DNA of 64,000 bases from Escherichia coli (GTDB lineage Bacteria > Pseudomonadota > Gammaproteobacteria > Enterobacterales > Enterobacteriaceae): assembly GCF_024502345.1 (NCBI RefSeq), contig NZ_JALDNN010000001.1; one strand, written 5' to 3'. Position 1 is the first letter of the stretch. Each line of letters starts with the position of its first letter. Below are positions 44,059-57,046 of this stretch, piece by piece. Below the pieces are notes generated by a model that ran no database searches, was not told the DNA's origin, and saw only the letters and a list, made by a program, of their open reading frames with translations. Both the position numbers and the translations under genes were made by a program.

Positions 44059-44298
44059 TTATAACTTCGTGGTATCAAGTCCGGCGGCTTTGAGTCGCTC
44101 GGTAAGATTTCTCATTTTGCTGAACTCTGTAGCAAAGCTGGCTTTAAGTCCTACACCTTCGCAAAACTCTTTTGCCGTGACGTTTTTCAGATGGTCAGCG
44201 TATTTGATCATCTGGAGGTGCATTTCCATCGTTTGGCTATTTCGTGGTGCGCTGCTAATGGCTTGCTTAATGTTCTCGTAGATCTGGGTTTCTGTCAT
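44059..44298 (-). CDS. hypothetical 79-aa protein (may start 6 codons earlier at 44316)
   Basis: ORF with SD-like ggtgag before MTETQIYENIKQ...; no signal peptide; no family recognised. Confidence 0.5.
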   Translation of the reverse strand: MTETQIYENIKQAISSAPRNSQTMEMHLQMIKYADHLKNVTAKEFCEGVGLKASFATEFSKMRNLTERLKAAGLDTTKL

Positions 44299-44499
44299 TT
44301 TTATCTCACCTATCAAATTTAGATAAATAATATAAATTAGCTAATTAAGATAGTCTACAGTTTTTACCACCTGAATGATGGGTGTGAATTGTTTCTTTTT
44401 CATTACTGATATGGGGTACACAGCGAAGACGTAATGAATGGAGGCGAGCTTGCATCTGCAAGCCTCTTCCCCTAAGCTGGCACAAAATATAGAGATTCA

Positions 44500-44625
44500 A
44501 CCAAACGACTCGGGGTGCCCTTCTGCGTGAAGGCTGAGAAATACCCGTATCACCTGATCTGGATAATGCCAGCGTAGGGAAGTCACGGACCACCAGGTCA
44601 TTGCTTCTTCACGTTATGGCAGGAG
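44500..44625 (+). promoter_or_regulatory. TPP (thi-box) riboswitch of thiMD
   Basis: ccaaacgactcggggtgcccttctgcgtgaaggctgagaaatacccgtatcacctgatctggataatgccagcgtagggaagtc directly upstream of thiM. Confidence 0.9.
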
Positions 44626-44631
44626 CAAACT

Positions 44632-45420
44632 ATGCAAGTCGACCTGCTGAGTTCCGCGCAATCTGCGCACGCGTTACACCTTTTTCACCAACATTCCCCT
44701 CTTGTGCACTGCATGACCAACGATGTGGTGCAAACCTTTACTGCCAATACCTTGCTGGCGCTCGGTGCATCGCCAGCGATGGTTATCGAAACCGAAGAGG
44801 CCAGTCAGTTTGCGGCTATTGCTAGTGCGTTGCTGATTAACGTTGGCACGCTGACGCAGCTACGCGCACAGTCGATGTGTGCCGCCGTTGAGCAAGCAAA
44901 AAGCTCTCAAACACCCTGGACGCTTGATCCAGTAGCGGTTGGTGCACTCGATTATCGCCGCCGTTTTTGTCTGGAACTTCTGTCTCATAAGCCAACCGCC
45001 ATACGTGGTAATGCTTCGGAAATCATGGCATTAGCTGGCATTGCTAATGGTGGACGGGGAGTGGATACCACTGACGCCGCAGCTAACGCGATACCCGCTG
45101 CACAAACACTGGCACGGGAAACTGGCGCAATCGTCGTGGTCACTGGCGAGATGGATTATGTTACCGATGGACATCGTATCATTGGTATTCACGGTGGCGA
45201 TCCGTTAATGACCAAAGTGGTAGGAACTGGCTGTGCATTATCGGCGGTTGTCGCTGCCTGCTGTGCGTTACCAGGCGATACGCTGGAAAATGTCGCATCT
45301 GCCTGTCACTGGATGAAACAAGCCGGAGAACGCGCAGTCGCCAGAAGCGAGGGGCCAGGCAGTTTTGTTCCACATTTCCTTGATGCGCTCTGGCAATTGA
45401 CGCAGGAGGTGCAGGCATGA
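44632..45420 (+). CDS. thiM: hydroxyethylthiazole kinase
   Basis: 262-aa ORF downstream of thi-box; overlaps thiD start. Confidence 0.9.
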   Translation: MQVDLLSSAQSAHALHLFHQHSPLVHCMTNDVVQTFTANTLLALGASPAMVIETEEASQFAAIASALLINVGTLTQLRAQSMCAAVEQAKSSQTPWTLDPVAVGALDYRRRFCLELLSHKPTAIRGNASEIMALAGIANGGRGVDTTDAAANAIPAAQTLARETGAIVVVTGEMDYVTDGHRIIGIHGGDPLMTKVVGTGCALSAVVAACCALPGDTLENVASACHWMKQAGERAVARSEGPGSFVPHFLDALWQLTQEVQA

Positions 45421-46217
45421 AACGAATTAACGCTCTGACGATTGCCGGTACTGATCCGAGTGGTGGTGCGGGGATTCAGGCCGATCTTAAAACCTTCTCG
45501 GCACTTGGCGCTTATGGTTGCTCAGTTATTACTGCACTGGTGGCGCAAAATACCCGTGGCGTACAGTCGGTGTATCGCATTGAGCCTGATTTTGTCGCCG
45601 CCCAGCTCGATTCGGTGTTCAGCGATGTGCGAATCGACACCACTAAAATCGGTATGTTGGCGGAAACCGATATTGTTGAAGCGGTGGCAGAACGGTTGCA
45701 ACGGTATCAGATCCAAAACGTGGTACTCGACACCGTTATGCTGGCAAAAAGCGGCGACCCGCTGCTTTCACCTTCGGCGGTTGCTACGCTGCGCAGTCGA
45801 TTATTGCCACAGGTTTCATTAATAACGCCAAACTTGCCCGAAGCTGCCGCCTTGCTCGACGCGCCACACGCGCGCACCGAACAGGAAATGCTGGAACAAG
45901 GGCGATCGCTGTTGGCGATGGGCTGTGGCGCAGTGCTAATGAAAGGTGGTCATCTGGATGATGAGCAAAGCCCGGACTGGCTGTTTACCCGCGAGGGTGA
46001 ACAACGGTTTACCGCACCGCGCATTATGACCAAAAACACCCACGGCACTGGTTGTACGCTCTCTGCGGCGTTGGCTGCACTACGCCCGCGCCATACAAAC
46101 TGGGCTGACACCGTACAGGAGGCAAAAAGCTGGCTTTCATCAGCATTAGCCCAGGCCGACACGCTGGAAGTTGGTCACGGTATTGGTCCGGTTCACCACT
46201 TCCACGCCTGGTGGTGA
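45417..46217 (+). CDS. thiD: hydroxymethylpyrimidine/phosphomethylpyrimidine kinase
   Basis: 266-aa ORF, ribokinase-like fold motifs; synteny. Confidence 0.9.
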   Translation: MKRINALTIAGTDPSGGAGIQADLKTFSALGAYGCSVITALVAQNTRGVQSVYRIEPDFVAAQLDSVFSDVRIDTTKIGMLAETDIVEAVAERLQRYQIQNVVLDTVMLAKSGDPLLSPSAVATLRSRLLPQVSLITPNLPEAAALLDAPHARTEQEMLEQGRSLLAMGCGAVLMKGGHLDDEQSPDWLFTREGEQRFTAPRIMTKNTHGTGCTLSAALAALRPRHTNWADTVQEAKSWLSSALAQADTLEVGHGIGPVHHFHAWW

Positions 46218-46281
46218 GCACCGTACTATAGCTGCTTTGGTTATTGTCAGCCTTTGGCACTGACATTCAGGGATGAAACCA

Positions 46282-47100
46282 ATGCAGCTAAGAATTACCA
46301 GTCGAAAAAAACTCACCTCTCTATTATGCGCTCTTGGGCTAATTTCCATCGTTGCAATTTATCCGCGTCAGACGGTGAATTTTTTCTATTCGACAGCAGT
46401 TCAGATTACAGACTACATCCATTTCTACGGTTATCGCCCGGTTAAATCTTTCGCTATTCGCATTCCTGCCAGTTACACCATTCACGGAATAGATGTTTCT
46501 CGCTGGCAGGAGCGGATCGACTGGCAGCGGGTGGCAAAAATGCGCGACAACGGTATCCGCTTATAATTTGCTTTTATTAAGGCGACGGAAGGCGAAAAGC
46601 TGGTGTACCCGTATTTTTCGCGTAACTGGCAACTAAGCCGCGAAAATGGCCTGCTGCGCGGGGCGTATCATTATTTCTCCCCGTCGGTAGCAGCGCCGGT
46701 TCAGGCACGATTATTTCTGCAAACGGTGGATTTCTCACAAGGCGATTTCCCTGCGGTGCTGGACGTAGAAGAACGGGGAAAATTGTCGGCAAAAGAATTA
46801 CGCAAGAGGGTAAGTCAGTGGCTAAAAATGGTCGAAAAAAGTACGGGGAAAAAGCCGATTATTTACTCAGGAGCCGTTTTTTATCACACCAATCTGGCGG
46901 GCTATTTCAATGAATATCCGTGGTGGGTAGCTCACTACTATCAACGTCGTCCGGACAATGACGGCATGGCCTGGCGCTTCTGGCAGCATTCCGACCGTGG
47001 ACAGGTAGATGGCATCAATGGTCCGGTGGATTTTAATGTGTTTAATGGCACGGTGGAGGAGTTGCAGGCATTCGTTGATGGGATTAAAGAAACGCCTTAA
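46282..47100 (+). pseudogene. yegX: GH25 lysozyme-like protein with in-frame TAA stop at 46564..46566
   Basis: ORFs 46273..46566 and 46603..47100 share a frame; stop falls in ...RDNGIRL*FAFIKATEGEKL..., a conserved GH25 block; read through gives 272 codons from MQLRITSRKK. Confidence 0.7.
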
Positions 47101-47151
47101 ATAAGAAGCAGTGATATACTCCCACCAGACTCCCTGGCAGGAAAAAGACAA

Positions 47152-47898
47152 ATGGAACAAGCGCATACCCAGCTGATTGCCCAACTTAACGAGCGTATTT
47201 TAGCGGCGGATAACACGCCGCTTTATATTAAGTTTGCCGAAACGGTAAAAAATGCCGTGCGCAGCGGGGTGCTGGAGCATGGCAATATTTTGCCCGGTGA
47301 GCGTGATTTAAGTCAGTTAACCGGCGTTTCACGCATTACGGTGCGCAAGGCGATGCAGGCGCTGGAAGAAGAGGGTGTGGTGACGCGTTCGCGCGGTTAC
47401 GGCACGCAGATCAACAACATCTTCGAATACTCGTTGAAAGAAGCGCGAGGTTTTTCTCAGCAGGTGGTATTGCGCGGGAAAAAGCCCGATACGCTATGGG
47501 TTAACAAGCGTGTCGTGAAATGTCCCGAAGAAGTCGCGCAGCAGCTGGCGGTCGAAGCGGGAAGTGATGTCTTTTTGCTTAAGCGTATTCGCTATGTCGA
47601 TGAAGAAGCGGTATCGATTGAGGAATCGTGGGTTCCGGCGCATTTAATTCATGATGTTGATGCCATCGGAATTTCTCTTTATGACTATTTCCGCAGCCAG
47701 CACATTTACCCACAACGTACACGTTCCCGCGTTAGCGCCCGGATGCCAGATGCCGAGTTTCAGTCACATATTCAGTTAGATAGCAAAATACCGGTGCTGG
47801 TGATCAAGCAAGTGGCGCTTGACCAACAGCAACGGCCTATTGAATACAGCATTAGCCACTGTCGCAGCGATCTATACGTTTTTGTGTGCGAGGAGTAG
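47152..47898 (+). CDS. yegW: GntR-family transcriptional regulator
   Basis: N-terminal GntR-type HTH plus UTRA-like C-terminal domain; 248 aa. Confidence 0.8.
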   Translation: MEQAHTQLIAQLNERILAADNTPLYIKFAETVKNAVRSGVLEHGNILPGERDLSQLTGVSRITVRKAMQALEEEGVVTRSRGYGTQINNIFEYSLKEARGFSQQVVLRGKKPDTLWVNKRVVKCPEEVAQQLAVEAGSDVFLLKRIRYVDEEAVSIEESWVPAHLIHDVDAIGISLYDYFRSQHIYPQRTRSRVSARMPDAEFQSHIQLDSKIPVLVIKQVALDQQQRPIEYSISHCRSDLYVFVCEE

Positions 47899-48837
47899 TT
47901 CCTCGCGCGTTGGCGCACAATCACCGCCCCGATGCCCGACAACCCACGACGCCACTGCATTGCCCAGTAATACGGCATCCGCCAGTGGCAGACCAGAGGC
48001 CAGCCCGGCAAGTACGCCACCGGCATGACTGTCGCCCGCCCCAATGGTGTCGACAACTTGCGTTGGAAATGCCGGAATGCAGCCAGAAGCGTCGTTGCTG
48101 AAATACCATGCGCCTTCTTTATCGAGACGAACGATCAACGGCGCGGCAAATTTCTCCTGCCATTGCTTGCCAAGTGTTGTTATCTCTGCGGATAAAGCAA
48201 AACGTTCGGCGGCAATCTCAGCCTCTTGACGATTGAGTGACACTAAAGGTCGACAGGCCATGATCCGCGCCAGTAATGCGTCCGGGATATCGCCAATACG
48301 TGGGCCAAAATCGATAAACGGCGTCACGTCTTGCAGCTCTTCCAGCCATTCCACTAACAATTCGCCGCAGGGCGAGGCCAGTTGATAACCGGAAAAATAG
48401 AGCAGGCTGCCAGGCGCAACGGTTAATCGCGCCAGCCACTGGCGATTCCACTGATTTTCCACACCGCTGAATGACATAAAAGTACGTTCGCCATCCGGCT
48501 CAACCAGCGCCAGACACCAGCCGTTATCGCCTTCGGCGTTATCGATCAGGCTGATTAACCCCTCTTTCGCCATCCGGTTGCGAATAATCTCCGCCCATAC
48601 CCCCTGACCGAGCGGCAAGGCATTACCCGCTTCGATGCCGAGGCGCTTTAACGCCACGGCAATATTCAGTGCGCAGCCGCCAACGTTAACGCTCTGCTGT
48701 TTCAGTTCGATATCGCACCCACGCCAGGGGAGGGCATAAGCGTCGGCGATCACGTCAATGACCGCCGCGCCGACGACCATCACCGACTGACGCGTGGTTA
48801 ATTCAGGCAGCAGCGTGTGTAATCGAGCGCCGCTCAT
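47872..48837 (-). CDS. yegV: PfkB-family sugar kinase
   Basis: 321-aa ORF with ribokinase-type motif DTIGAGDSHAGGVLAG. Confidence 0.8.
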   Translation of the reverse strand: MSGARLHTLLPELTTRQSVMVVGAAVIDVIADAYALPWRGCDIELKQQSVNVGGCALNIAVALKRLGIEAGNALPLGQGVWAEIIRNRMAKEGLISLIDNAEGDNGWCLALVEPDGERTFMSFSGVENQWNRQWLARLTVAPGSLLYFSGYQLASPCGELLVEWLEELQDVTPFIDFGPRIGDIPDALLARIMACRPLVSLNRQEAEIAAERFALSAEITTLGKQWQEKFAAPLIVRLDKEGAWYFSNDASGCIPAFPTQVVDTIGAGDSHAGGVLAGLASGLPLADAVLLGNAVASWVVGHRGGDCAPTREELLLAHKNV

Positions 48838-49838
48838 ACCGCCTCCCGTTGTTGACGATATTTCGCCAGCGCTGTGGCATAGCGGTTGAAATCAAGCTGA
48901 TTTACCGCATCCAGCTCCGCCTTTAACGCAGGATCGATAGCGTTAATGCCATGCAACGCGCCGCAGATTGCCGTCGCCATAGCACCGATGGTGTCTGTAT
49001 CGCCGCCAAGGTTAGCGCAGAGGACGGCGCAACGGTTCGGGTCGGTTTGTGCCAGTTCAACCAGCGCAATGGCGCACGGAACGGACTCGATAGTGCTGGT
49101 ACCTGCGCCAACGACCTGATACAGCTGTTCGCTGGCGGATTCAGTGCCGTCGGCATTGCGCACAATTTTCAGCGCAATCTCCAGCCGCGCCGCCAGTGAG
49201 GCGCTGAACGTGGTGGTGCGTTTTTGCTGTGCATGTCGCGCAATTGAAGGCAATGAATCAACAATCGCTGACCAGCTTTCTCCGTCAATAGCACGAGAAA
49301 TCGCCCATGCGATGACTACCGCGCCCGCAACCGCCAGATCGGATTTATGGGTCGGGCTGGACGCCAGCGCCACATCATCAATAAAGGAATCAACATCGTG
49401 CGCCGGAAGCAAACAACCTAATGGCGAGACGCGCATCGCTGCGCCGTTGGTCACGCCGTTGTTTTCCAGTTCAGCAACGGGTTTACCGTCGCGAATGGCG
49501 TTGAGAGCAATCTTCGAGGTCGGACCTAGTACGTTTTTGTTAAAGGCGTCGAAACGCAGCGCCCAGTCGAGAATATTACGCCCAATCAGATTCGGGTCGA
49601 TCTTGCCTTCACGTTCCAGTAACGCATCCGCCAGACACAGCGCCATCGAGGTATCGTCGGTGAATTCGGCGCGGTTAAAATAACAGGCCGCGTTATTCTC
49701 CTTTGGTCCAGGCAGAAAACGGTCAATCCAGCCAAAGTGTGCTTTAACGCGGCTGCGTGGCCAAAGCTCGGAGGGCATCCCCATCGCATCCCCTAACGCC
49801 TGCCCATAAAGAGCACCGAGAATACGTTCTGTTTTCAT
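48834..49838 (-). CDS. yegU: ADP-ribosylglycohydrolase family protein
   Basis: 334-aa ORF; synteny yegT-yegU-yegV. Confidence 0.75.
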   Translation of the reverse strand: MKTERILGALYGQALGDAMGMPSELWPRSRVKAHFGWIDRFLPGPKENNAACYFNRAEFTDDTSMALCLADALLEREGKIDPNLIGRNILDWALRFDAFNKNVLGPTSKIALNAIRDGKPVAELENNGVTNGAAMRVSPLGCLLPAHDVDSFIDDVALASSPTHKSDLAVAGAVVIAWAISRAIDGESWSAIVDSLPSIARHAQQKRTTTFSASLAARLEIALKIVRNADGTESASEQLYQVVGAGTSTIESVPCAIALVELAQTDPNRCAVLCANLGGDTDTIGAMATAICGALHGINAIDPALKAELDAVNQLDFNRYATALAKYRQQREAV

Positions 49839-51112
49839 TTAACTTCCCCTTGTGTCAACGCAATATCGCGATCATCGACCTTGATAGCCGTAATTTCGTT
49901 GTCGGATTCGCGGAAAAAAATCATGAACAGCACGGCGATAATGGCAATCATCACCGCGCCGAAAGTCCACATCCCGGACCAGTTGAAAGTCAGTCCGTTT
50001 ACCGGTTCCTGATAAGCGAACATCTTTTCCATCATCACACCGCCAAGACGATAGCCGAGCAAACTGCCGAAGCCCTGGCAGCAGAGCGTGATCAGCCCCT
50101 GCGCGGCGGTACGCATATGCACGGGGGCTTTTTTATCGACATAGATGTAAGCGGTAACGTAGTAAAAATCGTAACTTACGCCGTGAAGCAAAATACCGAG
50201 GAACAGTAACGCGTAGGTGAAATATTCATCCGCACTACCGTAAATAAAGAAGCCATAGCGGATCGCAGCGGTGATCAGACCAAGCAATAATACCTTTTTG
50301 ATACCAAAGCGTTTAGTGAAAAACGGCAATGCCAGCATAAAGAATATTTCAGAGAACTGGCCGAGCGTCATCCAGCCAGTGGCGTTTTTCATACCGACTT
50401 CGGTCAGATAACCGTTGGCAAAGATGTAATAGAACGCCAGTGGCATCGCAAACAGGAATGAACAGAAGAAAAAGACGAGGAAGTTTTTATCGCGCAGCAG
50501 GATCAGCGCATCCAGGCCGAGCATGACTTTAATGTCCATTTTGCCGGTGCTTTTGGGCGGCGTGTCGGGCAGGAAAAACGCAAACACACCGAGCAGAGCA
50601 GAACTTCCGGCGGTAATCAGCAGCGGGATGTTAGTCGGTGAGATATCGGCATACCCCAGCATTTGCGGCAAGAATCCACATGCCAGACCGGAGGCAATCC
50701 AACCGATAGTGCCCATCACACGAATGCGCGGGAAATCACGCTCAACATCCGGCACGTTGGCAAAAGCGATGCTGTTAGTCAGCGCAATGGTCGGCATATA
50801 GGTTAGCGAGTAGGCCAGCAGTAACGGGAAGAACCCGGCAAAAGTGGTCTGTTGCGCGGCGAAATACATCAGCAGCGCGCCTGCGAACATCAATACCGCC
50901 AGCACTTTCTGCGCCGAGAAAAAGCGGTCAGTGATGGAGCCAACCAGAATTGGCGACAGGATCGCCGCAATGGCTGTGCAGGCATACGACCAGCCAATTT
51001 CTCCGGCACTAAAACCGCTTTTACTTAACCACAACCACAATGGCACAAACCACGCGCCCCAGATAAACCATTCAACAAACATCATGAACGACAGCTTTGC
51101 TGTTGTTTTCAT
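49835..51112 (-). CDS. yegT: MFS nucleoside transporter
   Basis: 425-aa 12-helix-type membrane ORF. Confidence 0.8.
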   Translation of the reverse strand: MKTTAKLSFMMFVEWFIWGAWFVPLWLWLSKSGFSAGEIGWSYACTAIAAILSPILVGSITDRFFSAQKVLAVLMFAGALLMYFAAQQTTFAGFFPLLLAYSLTYMPTIALTNSIAFANVPDVERDFPRIRVMGTIGWIASGLACGFLPQMLGYADISPTNIPLLITAGSSALLGVFAFFLPDTPPKSTGKMDIKVMLGLDALILLRDKNFLVFFFCSFLFAMPLAFYYIFANGYLTEVGMKNATGWMTLGQFSEIFFMLALPFFTKRFGIKKVLLLGLITAAIRYGFFIYGSADEYFTYALLFLGILLHGVSYDFYYVTAYIYVDKKAPVHMRTAAQGLITLCCQGFGSLLGYRLGGVMMEKMFAYQEPVNGLTFNWSGMWTFGAVMIAIIAVLFMIFFRESDNEITAIKVDDRDIALTQGEVK

Positions 51113-51368
51113 CTTTTAATTCCTTCATGACAGGTAATGTAAGGTACGCGATGACAATACCACTTAATAATACCTTTTAAATACCTTTGCGGTGAAAACT
51201 TGACCGCGCTAACATTTTTTCTGATGAATCGAGCCAACAGAAAACGCTGAAAAAACATCCAAAAGATGGAAAAACTCGCCCGTAACGACCAGGATTATGA
51301 TTGCCCGCAAAAGGCGGGCCAGGACAATCCATAGCCGATATCCAATCGGAATTTACGGGAGCATAGTA

Positions 51369-52421
51369 ATGACAGATATTGCGCAGTTGCTTGGCAAAGA
51401 CGCCGACAACCTTTTACAGCACCGTTGTATGACTATTCCTTCTGACCAGCTTTATCTCCCCGGACATGACTACGTAGACCGCGTGATGATTGACAATAAT
51501 CGCCCGCCAGCGGTGTTACGTAATATGCAGACGTTGTACAACACCGGGCGTCTGGCTGGCACAGGATATCTTTCTATTCTGCCGGTTGACCAGGGCGTTG
51601 AGCACTCTGCCGGAGCTTCATTTGCTGCTAACCCGCTCTACTTTGACCCGAAAAACATTGTTGAACTGGCGATCGAAGCGGGCTGTAACTGTGTGGCATC
51701 AACTTACGGCGTGCTGGCGTCGGTATCGCGGCGTTATGCGCATCGCATTCCATTCCTCGTCAAACTTAATCACAACGAGACGCTAAGTTACCCGAACACC
51801 TACGATCAAACGCTGTATGCCAGCGTGGAGCAGGCCTTCAACATGGGCGCGGTGGCGGTTGGTGCGACTATCTATTTTGGCTCGGAAGAGTCACGTCGCC
51901 AGATTGAAGAAATTTCTGCGGCTTTTGAACGTGCGCACGAGCTGGGCATGGTGACAGTGCTGTGGGCTTATTTGCGTAACTCCGCCTTTAAGAAAGATGG
52001 CGTTGATTACCATGTTTCCGCCGACCTGACTGGTCAGGCGAACCATCTGGCGGCAACCATAGGTGCAGATATCGTCAAACAAAAAATGGCGGAAAATAAC
52101 GGCGGCTATAAAGCGATTAATTACGGTTACACCGACGATCGTGTTTACAGCAAATTGACCAGCGAAAACCCGATTGATCTGGTGCGTTATCAGTTAGCTA
52201 ACTGCTATATGGGGCGCGCAGGGTTGATAAACTCCGGCGGCGCTGCGGGCGGTGAAACTGACCTCAGCGATGCAGTGCGTACTGCGGTTATCAACAAACG
52301 CGCTGGCGGAATGGGGCTGATTCTTGGACGTAAGGCGTTCAAGAAATCGATGGCTGACGGCGTGAAACTGATTAACGCCGTGCAGGACGTTTATCTCGAT
52401 AGCAAAATTACTATCGCCTGA
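51369..52421 (+). CDS. fbaB: class I fructose-bisphosphate aldolase
   Basis: ORF 51297..52421; start trimmed to [14 protein letters not shown] (350 aa). Confidence 0.9.
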
Positions 52422-52429
52422 TACGAACG

Positions 52430-52560
52430 GCACTACCCCGTAGGACGGATAAGGCGTTTACGCCGCATCCGGCAACCTATGCCTGATGCGACGCTGAAGC
52501 GTCTTATCATGCCTACGCAGCGCTGCCACATATGTTTACACCGCATCCGGCATAAAAACA
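52430..52560. repeat. REP/BIME palindromic element cluster
   Basis: Repeated gccggatgcggcgtaaacgcc / gcctgatgcgacgc type palindromes between fbaB and gatY. Confidence 0.6.
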
Positions 52561-52705
52561 CGCACACTTCGTTACGGCTTCCCCCGGGAGGCCGTCTTTT
52601 TTGCCTGTCATTCTGGCTTAATTTTCATATTGTCGTTTTTGTGATCGCTATCTCGACATTTAAAAACAAATCATTTCATTATATTTTGAAATCGAAAACA
52701 AATGA

Positions 52706-54863
<2,158 letters not shown>

Positions 54864-54872
54864 GGACGGTAT

Positions 54873-55325
54873 ATGACTAACCTGTTTGTTCGTAGCGGAA
54901 TTTCTTTTGTCGATCGTAGCGAAGTTTTAACCCATATCGGTAATGAGATGCTCGCCAAAGGTGTGGTTCATGATACCTGGCCACAGGCATTAATTGCCAG
55001 AGAAGCAGAATTCCCTACCGGGATAATGCTTGAGCAGCACGCCATTGCAATACCGCATTGTGAGGCGATTCATGCTAAGTCGTCAGCCATTTATCTGTTA
55101 AGGCCAACAAATAAAGTTCATTTTCAGCAAGCGGATGATGATAACGACGTGGAGGTATCGTTGGTTATTGCGTTGATTGTGGAAAATCCGCAGCAGCAAT
55201 TGAAACTTTTACGCTGTTTATTTGGCAAGTTACAACAGCCCGATATCGTCGAGACACTAATCACTCTTCCTGAAACCCAGTTAAAGGAATACTTCACAAA
55301 GTATGTTTTAGATTCAGACGAATAA
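54873..55325 (+). CDS. gatA: galactitol PTS EIIA
   Basis: 150-aa ORF, operon position. Confidence 0.9.
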   Translation: MTNLFVRSGISFVDRSEVLTHIGNEMLAKGVVHDTWPQALIAREAEFPTGIMLEQHAIAIPHCEAIHAKSSAIYLLRPTNKVHFQQADDDNDVEVSLVIALIVENPQQQLKLLRCLFGKLQQPDIVETLITLPETQLKEYFTKYVLDSDE

Positions 55326-55355
55326 ATCCCTCTGTAACAATAAAAAGGACTATTT

Positions 55356-55640
55356 ATGAAACGCAAGATTATTGTCGCTTGCGGAGGCGCGGTTGCGACC
55401 TCTACGATGGCGGCGGAAGAAATTAAAGAGTTGTGTCAGAATCATAATATTCCTGTTGAATTAATCCAGTGTCGGGTTAATGAAATAGAAACCTATATGG
55501 ATGGTGTGCATTTGATATGCACCACTGCCAAAGTGGATCGTAGTTTTGGCGATATTCCGTTAGTTCACGGCATGCCTTTTATTTCTGGTGTCGGTATCGA
55601 AGCATTACAAAATAAAATTCTGACTATCTTACAGGGGTGA
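55356..55640 (+). CDS. gatB: galactitol PTS EIIB
   Basis: 94-aa ORF with Cys near N-terminus ([11 protein letters not shown]). Confidence 0.9.
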   Translation: MKRKIIVACGGAVATSTMAAEEIKELCQNHNIPVELIQCRVNEIETYMDGVHLICTTAKVDRSFGDIPLVHGMPFISGVGIEALQNKILTILQG

Positions 55641-55643
55641 CCT

Positions 55644-56999
55644 ATGTTTTCAGAAGTCATGCGTTATATTCTCGACCTCGGCCCTACGGTGATGCTTCCG
55701 ATTGTCATCATTATTTTTTCTAAAATATTAGGCATGAAGGCAGGCGATTGCTTTAAAGCGGGTCTGCATATCGGGATTGGCTTTGTTGGCATTGGCCTTG
55801 TGATTGGCTTAATGCTGGATTCCATTGGTCCGGTGGCGAAAGCGATGGCGGAAAATTTCGACCTGAATCTGCATGTGGTCGATGTCGGCTGGCCGGGCTC
55901 TTCACCAATGACCTGGGCGTCGCAAATTGCGCTGGTGGCGATTCCGATTGCGATTCTGGTTAACGTGGCGATGTTACTGACCCGTATGACGCGGGTGGTA
56001 AATGTTGATATCTGGAATATCTGGCATATGACCTTCACCGGCGCGTTGCTGCATCTGGCAACCGGTTCATGGATGATAGGGATGGCAGGTGTGGTAATTC
56101 ACGCGGCGTTTGTTTATAAGCTCGGCGACTGGTTTGCCCGCGATACCCGAAATTTCTTTGAGCTGGAAGGTATTGCTATTCCGCACGGTACGTCGGCGTA
56201 TATGGGGCCGATTGCGGTGCTGGTCGATGCTATCATCGAGAAAATCCCAGGCGTTAACCGAATTAAATTTAGCGCCGACGATATTCAGCGCAAATTTGGT
56301 CCGTTTGGCGAGCCTGTCACCGTGGGTTTTGTGATGGGGCTGATTATCGGCATCCTCGCGGGTTACGATGTCAAAGGTGTATTGCAGCTGGCGGTAAAAA
56401 CAGCGGCGGTGATGCTGCTGATGCCACGGGTGATTAAACCCATCATGGATGGTTTAACGCCCATCGCTAAGCAGGCCCGTAGTCGTTTACAGGCGAAGTT
56501 CGGCGGTCAGGAGTTCCTGATTGGCCTGGATCCCGCATTACTGCTGGGGCATACGGCGGTGGTATCGGCAAGCCTGATTTTTATCCCGCTCACCATTTTA
56601 ATTGCTGTTTGTGTGCCGGGTAATCAAGTGCTGCCGTTTGGCGATCTTGCCACTATCGGCTTCTTTGTGGCGATGGCGGTCGCGGTGCATCGTGGAAATC
56701 TGTTCCGCACCTTAATCTCGGGTGTCATCATTATGAGCATCACCCTGTGGATCGCGACGCAAACTATTGGTTTGCACACCCAACTGGCGGCTAATGCTGG
56801 GGCGTTAAAAGCCGTGGGTATGGTGGCTTCAATGGATCAGGGCGGTTCTCCCATTACCTGGTTACTGATTCAGGTTTTCTCCCCGCAAAATATTCCCGGT
56901 TTCATTATTATCGGCGCAATTTATCTTACCGGTATTTTCATGACCTGGCGTAGAGCGCGTGGCTTTATTAAACAAGAGAAAGTCGTTCTCGCAGAATAA
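55644..56999 (+). CDS. gatC: galactitol PTS EIIC
   Basis: 451-aa polytopic membrane ORF. Confidence 0.9.
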   Translation: MFSEVMRYILDLGPTVMLPIVIIIFSKILGMKAGDCFKAGLHIGIGFVGIGLVIGLMLDSIGPVAKAMAENFDLNLHVVDVGWPGSSPMTWASQIALVAIPIAILVNVAMLLTRMTRVVNVDIWNIWHMTFTGALLHLATGSWMIGMAGVVIHAAFVYKLGDWFARDTRNFFELEGIAIPHGTSAYMGPIAVLVDAIIEKIPGVNRIKFSADDIQRKFGPFGEPVTVGFVMGLIIGILAGYDVKGVLQLAVKTAAVMLLMPRVIKPIMDGLTPIAKQARSRLQAKFGGQEFLIGLDPALLLGHTAVVSASLIFIPLTILIAVCVPGNQVLPFGDLATIGFFVAMAVAVHRGNLFRTLISGVIIMSITLWIATQTIGLHTQLAANAGALKAVGMVASMDQGGSPITWLLIQVFSPQNIPGFIIIGAIYLTGIFMTWRRARGFIKQEKVVLAE

Positions 57000-57046
57000 T
57001 TTTTACCTGAGGGGGAGGTTATCCCCCTTAACAATCAGGAGTTTTT

